A stretch of DNA of 64,000 bases, from positions 186,001 through 250,000 of the forward strand of contig NW_027191411.1 of NCBI RefSeq assembly GCF_041146345.1, given 5' to 3'. Shown piece after piece: positions 1 through 14,016 of the stretch (the first letter of the stretch is position 1; every line of letters starts with the position of its first letter). The stretch comes from Neodothiora populina (taxonomy: Eukaryota). Under the pieces are notes generated by a model that saw nothing but the letters and a program-made list of their open reading frames with translations, searched no databases and was not told where the DNA came from. Position numbers and translations under genes: made by a program.

Positions 1-919
1 TGGTAGTAGTCCAGGCTTGAGTTGCAGCCTTTGCAGCTGCAGGAGGTTTGCCACGCAAGGTGGAAACCATCTTGCTGGAGCTTTGCCTCTCTTTGCCGCC
101 TGATCTCAAGGTTCGTAGCATGCCGCCTCTCTTTTCCGGGCTGGGTGTCCTAGAGCCATTGCGGGGAGACGAAGCATTCCCAAGCGTTGCTGAGGGAGGA
201 GACAGGGTGGAAGAAAATGTTGCAGTGCTTGGCTGGACCGGCGAGCTCTTCTTGCGCGAGTTGTCATTTCCAGAACTAGTCCTAGTGGTATATGATGGCC
301 TCTTGGGTGGACCTCTCGTAGGTAGAGCAGGTGGTCTGACCAGGTCTTTGTAGCCCGTCGGAGGAACGGTTCCACCGCCCAACCAGCCAGAAGGTTGACT
401 TTCCGGAGTACTATCTTGTTGAGACTGGTAACGGCGATTCTGTTGATGCTGTTGGTACGTGTTACCGTTAGCAGTAGAGGTATTCGTCGACGTCGGTCCT
501 TGAGAGTTGAGAGAAGTCTGACTCTCGCTGGCAGCGTCCTTTCGACTTTGTTGCAGAGCTTCTAGAAGATCAACACGCTCTTTGCACTGTAGCTCCATCT
601 GTCTCAGGGAATCCTGCAAGGCGCGTTCTGTTTCTGTCTTGGGTCGCCATGAACTCGGCATGCGATATGCGTTGTGATAATAAATCTGGTCTAGTGCATT
701 GCGCCATGATCGTAGAGCTTCTGCTTCATTGTTCTGTTGGGAAAGGGAGGAAATGACGTTAGTCTGCGTCTATGATTTTGTCACGGCAGGTGCGACTTGA
801 GTGGATCGAGAAGGAAGAGCGAAACATACCTGACTCTCGAAATACACCGCGGTAGAGCAAATGAGATAGCAATCATCATAAGTCTTTTGCATCGACGACG
901 CAGGCTTCCCGCGCATCAT
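1..919 (-). CDS. AAA-family ATPase, Sap1/Yta6 (spastin-like); N-terminal part only, continues beyond the window start
   Basis: Manual splicing: exon 919-830 MMRGKPASSMQKTYDDCYLICSTAVYFESQ, intron 829-734 (GTATGT...CAG), then NNEAEALRSWRNALDQIYYHNAYRMPSSWRPKTETERALQDSLRQMELQCKERVDLLEAL, open to position 1. This N-terminus is recognised from fungal Sap1-like ATPases; the ATPase domain itself is outside the window. Confidence 0.75.
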
Positions 920-2547
920 CGTCCTTATCTCTTTCTAATACTGTTTCTTGTCGATGTAATCCAGACACCGCTTTCTTCTTGCTTATTTGAAGCTACTACT
1001 TAACTTCAAACGACAACGAATGACACACGTGCAAATATATGCATGCTCTTTTTCCAGGACCGGTTTGCGAGTAAAAATTGTGAGGTCCAGTTGAGTCGAT
1101 CTGCTTTCGCGACGATTCAAAGCAAAGGTTCCCAAGGAAATCAAATAATTAATCCTCGTCGCCGATCTGAATATACGTCAACAGCCCAGTAAGCCCCTCG
1201 ATTGTGTCTCAAGGCGACCGACAAGCCGATAGTCGATAATAGTCGATCTGCGGACTCAGTATTACAAGTAGTGGAAGAAGTCGCGGTGGGACCCTATTTG
1301 GCTAATCTCAGATGTGTGGTATGTATTCTGCTCTTGGTGTCAAGATGGGGGGGTGAGAGTGACAAGAGACACAGACACAGACTACAAGCAATCACGGAGA
1401 GGGAATGTGGTAGGGTCTGCTGCAAGTGTTACTGCTGCTGCTACAACTGCTGCTGCTGGGCGCAACGCAGTGGGATGACGTAGTGGTCAGGTTTTCCGTG
1501 TCGCATCTGGAAGCCGTACAGAGCAGAGCAGAGACACTAAAAGAGGTGAATCTACTCCAGGCGTTGCTGGTCGCCGCCTCTAATTAGCCCTATGGTGGGC
1601 TGCTTCTTGGTACGAGCGCCCGCCAGTGGGCGGTGCAGAGGCCAAAAGTTCATATCCATCTGTTCGCCTCAGTCGTCTCTGGCTGCCTGGATTTCGTGAC
1701 TCTGACCTGCCTCATTCCTGTTGCTCTCGGGATGCCTTTTTCGCCTCCCGTCACAACGACAGATACGAGTGATCCCAAAACCTATCATCCTGTAAATCTC
1801 AGACTCAAAAGCTTCTTTTTACCTTTAAGATAACACAGTAATCAAAGAAAGTGTAAGTGTACCTAGGCCAAACGATGAGGCATCCACGACATGACATGAC
1901 ATGACATACCACTCCCTGATGTACCATGTTCTGCCGAGGCAGGGTAGGTCCCGAGCCCACATTTTAACAATACACATCATACACAGCCACATGCTACCAG
2001 TCCGCCTTATTCTGCCCTTCAGTACAAAGTATCTCCACTGCACTATATGTCTTAGCCTCTCGAATCAGCGCCTCACCGACCAACGAACAACATCTATATG
2101 TCCTGGACAGACCCACAAAATGGCACAAACTTCGATCCGACCTATGGCCTTACCTCCTCTCTTCCCGCCACCACTACTCCCGCCAACCGCCACTACTAGC
2201 CCTGGCACTACCCTGATATCTGCTCAGAATGAGATCTTGGTAGGGGGAGAAGATAGACTAGAACTACTCAGGTAGGTAGGAAGTCGAACAGTAATGTGAA
2301 TGTGGATGTGAATGTAGAAGTGTTATTAAGCTAAGATTTGATTCTTCCTTCCCATGCCTTTCCTTGGAGAGAAGTGTAGTAATGAAGAAGGAAAAAGAAT
2401 TGGATTAATCGTCGTACAAAGTATGGTCTTGCCCCCCACTGCGTTCCATTTTATTACTACATCGAGAGCCGTTCACGTGAGAGAGCATCCAGTAAGTCAT
2501 ATCGAAACAAAAAAGGGCGGATCAGTGATTACAATGACGCCCTTTTC

Positions 2548-4310
2548 TCACTTTCTTCTCGTCATGACTTTAGTGATGGCATGTCTGATGACGATGCCGG
2601 CCTTTTCCGTCTCTTTCTTGGACAAGCCGGTCGTGATGCAGACTTTGATGGCCGGAGGGGGTTGCCAGCCCTGCTCGCGAGGCACGGAGCCGAGTGCTGG
2701 GGGCATGCTCTTGAGTCTTGTTACTAGGACTCCGTTTGCGAGGCACTGTGAAGATTCTTGTCAGTTCCATGTTGAGAAGAAGAAGAAGAAGAAGAAGAAG
2801 ACAAAAAAGGGCTGGGCGTACCTCGTCCACAATTTCCATCATGATCGTCTCTTCCTCTGGGATGGTGAGCTTCTTGCTCTCGACAACCTCGTTCTTGAGG
2901 ATTAAAAGCATGACCGGGTTCTCCATTGCGCTCGAGCACACTACCCAGTCACTCCTCGGATCCAGCTGTGCGCGCATCGCCTTGATGTTCTCCCTCAGAT
3001 TCGCAATGATTTCTGGTTGCTCTTGCAACATCCTGACGGTCTCACTCGCCGTGGTCGCGAGCAGAGCAGGCAAGGCGGCCGAGAAAGTGTATGCGTTCGC
3101 ACTCAGACGTTGGTGCTCCACGATTTCGTCCGTACCGGCACAGAAGCCTCCACCCGCACAAAGTGAACCAGCCAGAGAGCCGATGATCATGTCAATCTCT
3201 CTTGCATCAACATTCTGTTGCTCGGTAGCTCCACGACCGGTACGACCCAGAACGCCGTAGGACCACGTTTCGTCGAGGATGACGCGGAACTTGTACTTGT
3301 GCTTGAGCTCGATGAGTTTGGGAAGGTCGACCATGTCGCCGGTGTTCTCGAATAGACCCTCGCTCACAATGAAGCGACGAGTCAAGGGTTTCCTTGCATT
3401 TTCTCTGACCAGAGTCGCCACAACGCGCTCCAGGTCGGCCATGTCGTTATGCTCGTACCATCGCACCGTGCTACGCGAGATCTGCAGACCCTTGCGAACA
3501 GCATAGTTGATGGCCTTGTCGGCGACGATGATGTCACCACGTTTGGCAAAAGCTGGAATGACGGAGGAAATGGTGCTGAAGGACTGAGCGTAGACGATGG
3601 CGGCAGCGACGCCCAGGTGGGAAGCGACATCATGTTCGATCTGCTGGTGCACATCCTGGGTACCGTAGAATCCGGGAGGTCCGCAGGGTCCGACACCGTA
3701 CATGCGGAGTGTCTTGATTGCGCGCTCCTTGATGAAGTCTGAATTGATAAAGTTGTAGTGGTTGAAGGTGGCGAGATTCGTGACGGTGCGGCCGGTGGAG
3801 AGCTTCGACTTTGGTCCAGAAGGGCTGGCGGAGTTACGGTCAGCGCATCAGCAAAACAAACAACACAGTAGCATTGCGCAGCATACCCGATGATTACTGG
3901 TCTCTTCTCGTTCTCTGCCTCTTCGAATGCCGTCACCGGTGCTGCGAGAGGCTCCGGCGTCCAATCTTCGACGAGCTCATCGATTTCCTGAAGCACAAGT
4001 CAACCCCAGAGACGACAACCTATGCAATCTGCATCTCCAAACGCACCTCATCCGTCAATGGCACGTTCTTCTCCTTCTTAGTAGAGTATGTCGGTGATAC
4101 GAGGTAATAGACGGCGAACAGGAACAGGAACAGCTCCATGGCCGAGCGCACAGGGTCATCTTGGTAGCTCGACTGGATGTACCGAGTGACGATCTGAGAG
4201 CCGGGGATCTTCTGAAGGTTGTCGAGGGCATCCTGAAAGAAGACAATTGCCTTGGCGATGGGATCCTGCGGGTTGGCAAAGGTGCCTGCGGTGGAGGAGG
4301 ACGGGTTCAT
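2548..4310 (-). CDS. LCB1: Serine palmitoyltransferase subunit 1
   Basis: Class I/II aminotransferase motifs YGVGPCGPPGFYGTQDVH, ILDETWSYGVLGRTGRG and N-terminal YQDDPVRSAMELFLFLFA. Multiple introns. The spliced C-terminus reads ...AGIVIRHAITKVMTRRK* with the stop at 2550-2548; the ORF-track end at 2570 is out of frame after the last intron. Confidence 0.95.
2774..2801 (+). repeat. (GAA)n microsatellite inside the last LCB1 intron
   Basis: gagaagaagaagaagaagaagaagaaga seen directly. Confidence 0.9.
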
Positions 4311-5150
4311 GATGCTGTGCGGGTCATCTCAAGGCCAACGTTGTTTCTGGCGTTCGTATCGAGTCAATTGGGTCTTTTGATGTTCCTTTCATATATCTCC
4401 GTCTCTTCCTGTGCGCGACAATGTTTACGATGATAGGATGTAAAGGATGTAATAATCATATGAAACATCGCAAGGATCCCAAGGCAGCAGCGCAAGTCCC
4501 CTAATCTCGGATCCGAAGCTCCGGTCGGTAAGCAGACGGACCGAGTGGCCCTGCCAAGTCTTACCCTAACATCCCTCCGAAGTCTCCGGTTGCCCTCTCC
4601 GGCATTGCAAGAAACGAGAAACAGGCCCCTCACGCTAGCGTGTGTTGTCACTGACGCGCGCCACGGCGTCTTGAGCCATAGAGAAAATTGCTAATTACGG
4701 TACAAAGCGAGAATAGTAGAGCAACCACATACTTTATTGCGCCTGTTGCTTGATCCATTGATCAATCTGCCCTTGAACACCTAAAACATACTGCTAATGA
4801 GTATCTCATGTTTGGCGGCACGGCCTCATCATCGACATGCCGCTTTGCGCCAGAGATGACGCGAAGAACACACGACCCGCGACGCGTTCGGAAAAACCAC
4901 TTCATCGCCAGATACCTCCCTGTACTCCAATTGAACTCCGCGCATGAAACATCTTCCTCCGGGTATCGAATTCTTATATACTGTACTTCGTAGCAGCCTC
5001 CATCATGTCCTTGCCGCTCGTATCACGAGCATAGTGCTGGGAAAAGACGTGCACGTTACGCGTAATCTCGCGTCACGCTCGTGAATAGCTAGTGTAACGG
5101 TCATGCATTGCAAAACCCCCGCCGTTCATGAATGAAAAGAATTAAGCAAA

Positions 5151-6372
5151 TCACCTCAGCACACCCCCTAATTCCATGCTGAGGTCGGTTTTGCGAGCAT
5201 TGCTGGTGCGTGTCACCTCCGGGCTGCTGCTCGGTGGTAGCAATGAATCAAAGTTGAGTTTCCTACGTGCCTCGCGAGCGGCGTTGGGCGTCTTTGCCGT
5301 GCCCGGCGTCTTTGGCCATGTCCCCTGCGCTGGACTAGGGGTGACATTGCAAAAGTCGGAGAAATTGAAGTTTTGCGACGGCGTATTGAAGCCAAAGCCG
5401 AAAAGGCCATTCGTGCCCCCGGGGGTTGACATCATCGACGAGGGCAGCGGTGTCGTCTTGGATGGCGGTGTCGAGGGCGGTATGATGCGAGTTTTGGCGG
5501 TCCCTGTGTTGGCCGGCGTGGGCGATGTCGCCAGGTACATGAGCAGATCGGCACCGTCGTCGCCCGTGCGTGGGGTGCGGGACCAGGAGATGTGCGTCGA
5601 CTTGTCGAGGTTGCGACGTGAGCGTGGCGGTGTCTGGGGCGGTGATGAATTGATGTTGGTCGGATGAGGCGGCTGTTGGAAGCTGGCGGCGGTGACATTG
5701 AATGACAGCACGGGAAGATCTGCATCGTCATCCTCAGATTGCTCAGGCGAGAGTGCATCGTCCGGGATGGTGGTGCCCTCGGATATAAATGAGAGCTTAG
5801 ACACATGTGTAGATCTGTTGAAGTGCGAGTGTCTTGTGTGATATACAGGCGACGACTCGGGAAGGCGATGGTTCCTCTTCCATGATTGCACCACAGCGGC
5901 ACTCCGGGTCTTGCGGCCGCCCTGGTTGCTAGATGCGGGAAACCTCGAATAGTCGGCAACTCTGGGTCGCTTGTTGCTGTAGTTGCTGCCTGATCGGGGC
6001 ACTTCGTCCGAGAACATTGGGGCGGTGATTGGCGACGACACAAAACCATTGATTGAGTGGAAGCGACTTGACACACTGGACGAGGCTTCGGACAGGGAGG
6101 AGTCGGCGCTGGAGATTGGACGCTTGCGCTTATTCAATTGCTGGTCGATCTGCGGCTCGATTGTGTCGATGCTGAGGTTCTCCCAGCCGTGCTTGATCTT
6201 GACATTGGCTAGAGCAAGACGGTTCTGAAGCGCTCTGGTCATCTGCAGCGCTCTTGTTAGACAAAGGTCGTCCAGCATAGACTTGAGCAGCATGAATATT
6301 TACCTTGGAGACCTCGATCCGGCGTATCACTTTGCTTGCGACATCGTCACCGGCAGACTCACAATCCATCAT
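5151..6372 (-). CDS. Whi5/Nrm1-like G1/S transcriptional repressor
   Basis: Exon 6372-6304 MMDCESAGDDVASKVIRRIEVSK, intron 6303-6243, then MTRALQNRLALANVKIKHGWENLSIDTIE (Whi5-like/GTB motif). Many S/T-P CDK-type sites and a GADLLMYLATSP motif. Confidence 0.8.
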
Positions 6373-8154
6373 GTTGACCACCGGCTTTCGATTTTTGTTG
6401 TTCACAGTGCAGCTCAGTTCAGCTCAGCTCGACTGGATTGAGCTGGTGGGGACGGTATAGAACGGAAAAGGAAAAGTCCGCGATGATAAAGCTTGGAGAA
6501 GATGGGAAAAAGTCTCTACGTCAATGGTTGATGTTCAGAGTATAAAAGATCAGATGCACAAAGTGGTCGAGTCTATGCAGATGAATGGACAGAACGGCGT
6601 GCCACAAAACCCAAGAGGGAGAGCAGGGCAGGGTACAATAAGGTAAAGGCAGGGAGATGGGGAAAGGACAGGAGGAAGGTTGCCGTTTTCGTAAGGTAAG
6701 GTAAGGTTGCTAGGGCAAACCGTGGATTAGCGCCTGGCAAGTCAATTGTCGATTCTCTCTCTCTCGCTCTCGCTCCCTGCGGAATGGAATGGAGAACGGG
6801 GCTAAAGTGGCTTTTGGTAAAGTGCCTAGGAAAGGTACCTGTAACGGTAAGGTAAGGCACCCAGCCTTTTGTTTAGCGAATTGCAGAATCTCTGGGATTC
6901 AGAGAAACAGTACTCCGTACCTTACGGAAACCAGTGTCGCCCTCACTGACTCCGACGAGCCGATAGACTAAGGTAAGGTATTGCACCAAATGCACCAAAT
7001 CTAGTGCCATCTCACGCTTCACGCTTCAATTGCGGCAACGATTCGTGCAGCCTGTGCCCCTCATACTTTAAACGCATTTGCCTCCCTCGCCCACGGCATC
7101 ACCTTACCGTCTTCTCCGTTTCTTCACCACAAGCACGAGATCCACATCTGTACATCGACCGATTCGGCCAACCCACTGCCGCCGCACTAGATACCTAAAG
7201 CACCACTGGCCATACGAATATTTAGAGTTCCATGATATCATGACTCTCCACGCACCTCGTGCACGGCCTGTCGTGTCTGAGGTCTCTCTTCGCCATGACC
7301 ACCCCAATCTGCAGTCCGCCGTGATTGTAAAGTTTCACATGGCCTTGTGTTGCATGCCTTCAATTTGCACGAGTGAAGGCTCCCTGGGCCACCGGTTGTT
7401 TCGCCGTATGCTGTCAAGCGGGTGCGTACTTGACAGGTAGCAGCAAGATAAAAAGTTCATTGCTATGTCCTTCATTTCACCCGGCCCTTGTTATATCTAC
7501 CTTATGTCTATCGCATCGTCGTAATTACCACTCTCTCCCTGTGCGCTCTGCTTCTCCAGGTTTTCGGAGAATCCACAGCAAGACGTCGGAGGCTTGTCTA
7601 ATAACCAAGTGTGCAACTTGCTGCAATCAAGCTAATCTTGGCCACATTACTCGCATGCCTCGAGCCACCCTTGATGCGCTTCACACCTCTCCCACCATCC
7701 CCCGGGTGAAGCGTAAAACCCATTCGCAATCTGACGCCCTAGTATCGCTTGTCGCTTTCCTTGCTTCGAGTCTGCTCATTCTGTAAACTGTTTCTGTTTC
7801 TCCAACATAAACGCATTCTTGCGTGACCGAGAGACTCTTGGACAATCTACGTCTTTCCCTTAGCTATCGTTGCATATCTAGCTCGCTCTTCCACACGACA
7901 AGATTCAAAAGGTTGCAGATCAAGCCTCCGGCAGCCTGCTTGCGCGGCCGTAGCTAATCTGACCAACCAAAAGATAAAGCTGCTCCTGGCACGCATCAAC
8001 CTCTTGTCACTCTACTTTCTCTCTCATCTCTCTGCCTTTTTCTACAAAGCCCAGCCCGTGTTATTTCGTTTGTCGCTGTCGCTATCTCCTCCGTCGCTCG
8101 CTGTTTGGCACTTGTTTACTTGCAGAAGAGCGTTAGACAGGGCTTATCGCCATT

Positions 8155-10704
8155 ATGCCGTCTTTCCTGAAGGATCTCAATTTTCGCCGCAAATCCACCA
8201 AAGCCAGTTTCAAGACTGGAGACTCGCACTCCAGTAGCGATTCCAACTCGAATAATGAAGGGCCACCACCTGCCCAAAAGCCACTCACTCAGAATGCAAA
8301 CAAGTCTTCGTCCACGCTCGGCTCCATCTTTGCTGGGAGATCACCCCCGCCTCAAGCGCAGTCACCTAACCTGAGCTTGCCTGGTCGTTCACCTTCCAGC
8401 AATAATCTTAGTACTGTTGGGACACATGCATCAAATGGCAGCAGGACGCCCCCGTCTCTTGCTGGTCGTCCAGACATGGCACACCACTCGAGCAGTCGCT
8501 ATAGCATTGCAGTGAGTTGTTCGTCTGAATCAATGCGCATGCTTTCACTAATACCTCAACAGGGTCAATCAGCGAATGGGTCGGTGAAGCCCATGTCGCC
8601 TTTAGCCCCTCGCGTCGTCTCCGTTTCCGACGGCTCATGGGTAGGAGATCCGCAAACTTATGCTGTATGAGAGTGACTGACCCTCAACAGGTCCACCAAA
8701 AAATCCTCTTGATCAATGGCGTGGTAGGTGAGCTCCAGAAGCCGCTGGACGGCGAGCTCACAGTCTGTCACCACCAAGACCACTTCCCTCCTACTGCCTG
8801 GCCTGTATCGGACTCATACTTCAAGGCTCTCATCGTTCTGCAGCCCGGCCCGAACAGATTGCGCCTGGACTTCGTACCGCAGCAGCGTAGACCGTCCAAC
8901 GACAAGGCGCTCGAGGTCTACTCAACCTTCATTAGTATCAACTATCTTCCCATGATATCCGCTCCGCCGCTCCACCTGGCTATCCTGGTCGCAAAGGACT
9001 CACCCCGCACATTCGATGCTGTGCCAGAACGTGTCAAGCTCGAGGGCAATAGCTTGGAGACGGCCATTCGAAAGTTCCGCATGGCAGGTTACCTCTGGCA
9101 GGCATTCACGGGAGAGCAAATGCAGAGAAATGGTATGGGCAGAAGGTGCTTCAGATTTGAGGAAGAGTGGCAGGCAGGTACCCTGCATGGCTCGGATATG
9201 GTCACGAATGTTATGCGCAGCGAGGCCAAAATCCATGTCATAACCGTGGATAAGACAGTACAGGAGATTCAGGATCTTGATCTAGCACAGCAGTATGGTC
9301 CCGCTAAGAGAAAGGGCGATCTCTTTTCCATCGCCATGGACACGTGCAAGGCCTACTTCAATGTCAAGCCAGGCCAGACGCAGCACGTGTCTTGTCTGTA
9401 CCTTGATGCTCATTGGGACAAACACACCGGCACTGTTCGCGCCCACGCAGCTCTTGGTGGTGGAGACAATGAGCTCAAGCTGGCCATCTTTGGCTCTCAC
9501 CTCCTGCAGTCCTATCCTGCACACATCGACGAGGTCGTACCTGCCTTTTCTGACTGCACCAAGACCGACACGAACTATGTCGCAAACGACTGCAACGAGA
9601 GCGGGAGTAGCTGGGAGGCCGCCAACATCGGTATCGGAGCGCACATGCACGAGACGGGACATCTCTTTGGCTGCCCACATCAGGAGTCGGGTGTTATGCT
9701 CCGAGACTACGTCCGTTTGAACAGGACATTCACCGTCAGAGAGCCGTATGCTACCCGGACACAGTCGCGCGGTCTCCACCCAGTTCTCCCACAGGACGAA
9801 TGCTCCTGGCACAGACTCGACATTCTACGCTTCCGTGCACACCCATGTTTCACCCTCCCGAATGATGTCCCTGTGCTTCCCGAAGAGAACATTATGGTTT
9901 GGGCTGTGGACAAGGGCTCTGCTCTGATTACCTCATCGACGGGGATCACATTTGTCGAAATCTACACCGAAGGCGATGAGCTCTGCCGACACTGGATCGA
10001 GTATATTGACAAGGGTGGACCATCTGTGGCGCCTCGACAAATCACATTGACCGAGCAAGATCTACGGGAGAAGGTCGGCGATGCCAACAAGAACAAGAAG
10101 CTACGATTGAAGATCTTCTCGTTGGGTCAAGGCGAGCACGAAATCGAAGACTTTGGTCGACATGTCAGCAAGGGCGCTGCAATCAAGCTTCCGGGTGGAG
10201 GTGCAGGGTTCAGAGGCTCCAAGCTAGGCAGTTCTCAGATGGATGGAACCCAACCACAGGAGCTAATCCTACAGTCAACTGCCGAGAAGCACAAACTGTT
10301 GACCTGTGTCAGGGTATACTCCGGCTTTGCGCTTGACGGCTTGGAGTTTGTCTTTGCAGACGGTGAAACTCGCTTGTTCGGTAAGAAAGGCGGTAAGGAG
10401 GGCGGAGACGCCTTCTACCTTGATGCCAGCCGTAAAGCAGAAGTCATATCCGGATTCGTCATCCGCTCAGGTGCATGGATCGATGGTATCCAAATTGTGA
10501 CAAACACCGGGCGGCGCAGTGAATTCTTTGGTAATAAGCAGGGCGGTAGCCAGTGAGTACCCTCGCGCGCTGTTACGTCACGATTATTCAAAGCTGACTT
10601 GGACCAGGCATACGATATTTCCACCTCGGGGATTCACAATCGCAGGCTTCTACGGCAGCTGCGGTCAGTGGTTAGATGGTTTTGGTCTCATAGTGACGCG
10701 CTAG
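8155..10704 (+). CDS. Putative zinc metallopeptidase with C-terminal jacalin-like lectin domain (YIL108W-like)
   Basis: HMHETGHLFGCPH (HExxH) motif; C-terminal jacalin-like VIRSGAWIDGIQIVTNTGRRS...GFYGSCGQWLDGFG. Four exons, roughly 8155-8511, 8562-8640, 8691-10552 and 10608-10704. Confidence 0.85.
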
Positions 10705-12780
10705 ACGTGTCGAGGCCAAGCTCAGTCGAAAGAGTAAAAACTAATCTTTTCTAATTCATTTCGGGCGGGCCCTACTGCATCCTCGGCCGATATAATAACG
10801 ATAGACCTTATATTTGCAACGGCGCGAGAGAACATCACATCATGGCGCCCTTTCTACTTTACTTTTGGATTACTCTCACAGATCAAGGGAGGATGTTACG
10901 GTCACAACTTGCGTTTGCGCATTTGCACGCGCGACAGAGCGGCTGAGTCTGTCTGCATAATCGTACATCAGAAGCAATGATTGCGATTCATTATTGGTCA
11001 TTGGCATGGAGCGATCATACTCGCGAAGTGGGACTCATCCTACCATCTACTCGAATTGATTTTTTTTTGTTGGAAGGGAACCATAATCAGACAAGGGCGG
11101 ATATGCATATTCCAGTGAAGGCATATCATTGGTCTTGAGCGCGCATAGAACATACATTTTCCTTGCCTATTTATAGCGAACAAATCCTCCACTTGCACTC
11201 AAGTGCGTAAAATTATTATCGTTCATACCAATAGATGTAGAGGTGAAGATGTTGCAATCTATATCTCGTCTCCAAGGAGCCTCAGCGCTCGTCCTGGTCA
11301 AATTATAGCAGATCACTTATTTATGTCCGAGATTGCGGAGATATCACTGTTTTCCCTATAGGTTGTATTGGGCATGTTTTAAAGATGCGCCCTAGTCCAT
11401 CAATTCGGACATGGCTCCGTAGAAGTAGGAGTGATAGGGGCTTCGCTGCGACATACCAAAATTCGGCTCGCGAGGCACGATTTCCCACGACGGCCCTTCA
11501 TCCAGCCCGCAAATGCCGTAAGTGATGCTCCACAGTACCGGACGGTCTTCGAACATGACTAGTAGCTACTCTGCGAATGGAATAAATTAGGTAACATGAG
11601 CAAGCCGGAGACATGTCCTGGAGGCAGTAAGTCCTGGTCATGCGAAGTTGTTACATGGTATTTTCGAGGCAAAGATAGTCTCTACACGCACATAAAGACA
11701 AGGCGGAGCGCTCGATTACGACCTCGCATTGCATCGCCTTTGTATAAAAAGTATAGTGTCGATACCCTTGACCTAATCTAAGAGCTGCACGAAACGAACG
11801 TGTTACCTCTATACGTCATACCTACAAAATGGCTCCACGACACGACGATAAACGATGATCGAAGCTACGGCCAAGGCTATATGCTTGCTTGTATTATTGT
11901 CAATCACCACGATTTACCCATGTAAGCCGCAACACTGTACAAGCATCGGTCAGATAAGTAATAGTGAGTCCTATCAGTGCTATTATGCTTCGCTTCTGGT
12001 GTCGATCTTTGACATTCCTGTCTGCGAACCATGAACGTTTTGTACAAGCAGAAGAAGCATAGGGGAACACACAACGTGCTTCCTTTTAATGTGCCAAGCC
12101 AATGGAGATCCGACGTGAACCTGAGATCCAGATAGCAACAGTCTAAGCCAAGGGGGATGGCCGACATCTGCACTTTTGATATACATCGTAACTGTTCGCT
12201 ATAAAACTTGGCTCACGGACCCCATGAAGACAGTTCACGATCGCGCTACAGAACCATCGGTAGGCAACTGTACGAGAGGGTGAACTTTCGTCATACCCGA
12301 CCACAGGATTTACGTCACTCCACTATAAGCAAATACCTAAGGTAAGGAAATAGCACTGATCGACATTCCCTAATAGGCCATTGCTGATCATAACTAGCAC
12401 CCTGGTTCGCAGGGCTTCAAAACACTGGGTTCGCGTGAGTCTCGTCTTCCCTATAATTATCCATTGGCCTTACAGTCGCAAGCTATCATTGGACAGTCAA
12501 GCTGAAAAAGGCTGGGCCTTTTCCGTGCCCCGTGCCCCAGCCATGGCATCTCGAAGGCACGGTTTCTGTCATTGGGAGGGGGAGGGAAACCTGAACAGCT
12601 TAAAGGAAGATCTTAAAGGTAGGGCCCGAGGGGCGGCGGTGTTAGCACAATCTCTTTTCCTTCTTTTGGCCTCTTCTTCATCTAGTCTACAGTCCGTTGC
12701 CTTTTTCCCTCCTACGCTCTGACTTTTCTCATGCGGTTTCTCAAGGACTATCTTTCTTGCACCTATTTCCCTACCTAAGC

Positions 12781-14016
12781 ATGTCACGTTTCCGACATGA
12801 CCGCAATTCATCGTCGGAACTGTCGGCTCAGACAGAAGGGACCATTACAAGCCAGGATGCGCAGAGCGATCGACCTCACCTGTTGGCGCAATATCGACAA
12901 ATTCGGCCACGTTTGTCATCGGGAGGCAATGAAGTGGATCAACCTGCCAATGTGTCTCTAGTAACATCGCCAGAGCAAGCTTCCAACCCACGGCGCGGCC
13001 GCCTCAGCCCGCTTGTCCGATTTCCAGTTGCTGAGTCAGATCCGAACATTCTCGCGGCTATGACTCCACGACACGGCGGCAAGTCTCACATCTTTGGTCC
13101 ATCTTGGTCAATCAATTCTTTTAGGGCGTCCGAGTCAGACCCAGGCTCATCCGCGACAGCACGGAACTCCCGCGAGGCTTCGCACCGAAGTAGCGTGGAT
13201 GCATCTGCCTCACAGTATTTTCCTTTCCGTTACTCACGTCGACCAACCATTAGCGAGCCGGAATCTTATCATGCGCCGTACTTGCTCGGCTTGCCAATGG
13301 AGACGCGGTATCGCATATATAGGTTGTTGGTCGTGGAGGACAAGACGCAAGAACTCACCTCTAGGAAACAGACTCGGACTTTCAGAGTGCCGGCGGTGTT
13401 GCATGTGAACAAGCAAATTCGTGAAGAAGCGAGTCACGTCTGGTATGGGCTCAATCACTTCTGTCTGACAGTCAAGCACGGAGAAACAGCGCTGGTCCGC
13501 GGATTTCTCAGTGCCATTGCCTCTCTACAATCGCCGCTCATTGGTCGTCTTGACATCAACCTCAGCATATGCTACCAGTGTAACGATCTGGTCGCAGTAG
13601 CCGCTCTGTTGATTGCTTCAAATACCGCTGCACGGCTGAGATGCATGCGAGGTCTATACCATTTTGGACATCCACAGATTCAGTCTTGCAACTTCGACAT
13701 CAAGAAAGCGATTCTGGATCAGCACTTCAGGCCATCTGTAGCAACGGCGTTGTTACAGTTCAGTGATGCGCGTCAAGTCGGCGCAGGGTTTGTGATTGAG
13801 GGTGAGTAAACACGCTTTCTCGTATATCAACATTCGCACTTACACCCGAGTCTTTCTAATTGGCCAGAAACCATCCACGGTCACCCTGCTTCGACCGATC
13901 CATTAATACGGTCGACGAAATCTGTACTGGGTTATACACCTACGTATCGCACCAACCCTGCAATACGCTCACAACTGGAGCAAGCGATGGGTAGTCTAGG
14001 CTTGCTTCTGAGATGA
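12781..14016 (+). CDS. Hypothetical protein with F-box-like/2EXR-like motif
   Basis: ATG at 12781; LLGLPMETRYRIYRLLV...PAVLHVNKQIREEASHVWYGLNHF. Intron 13802-13867 (GTGAGT...CTAAT...CAG) restores the frame to a TGA at 14014-14016. Confidence 0.6.
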
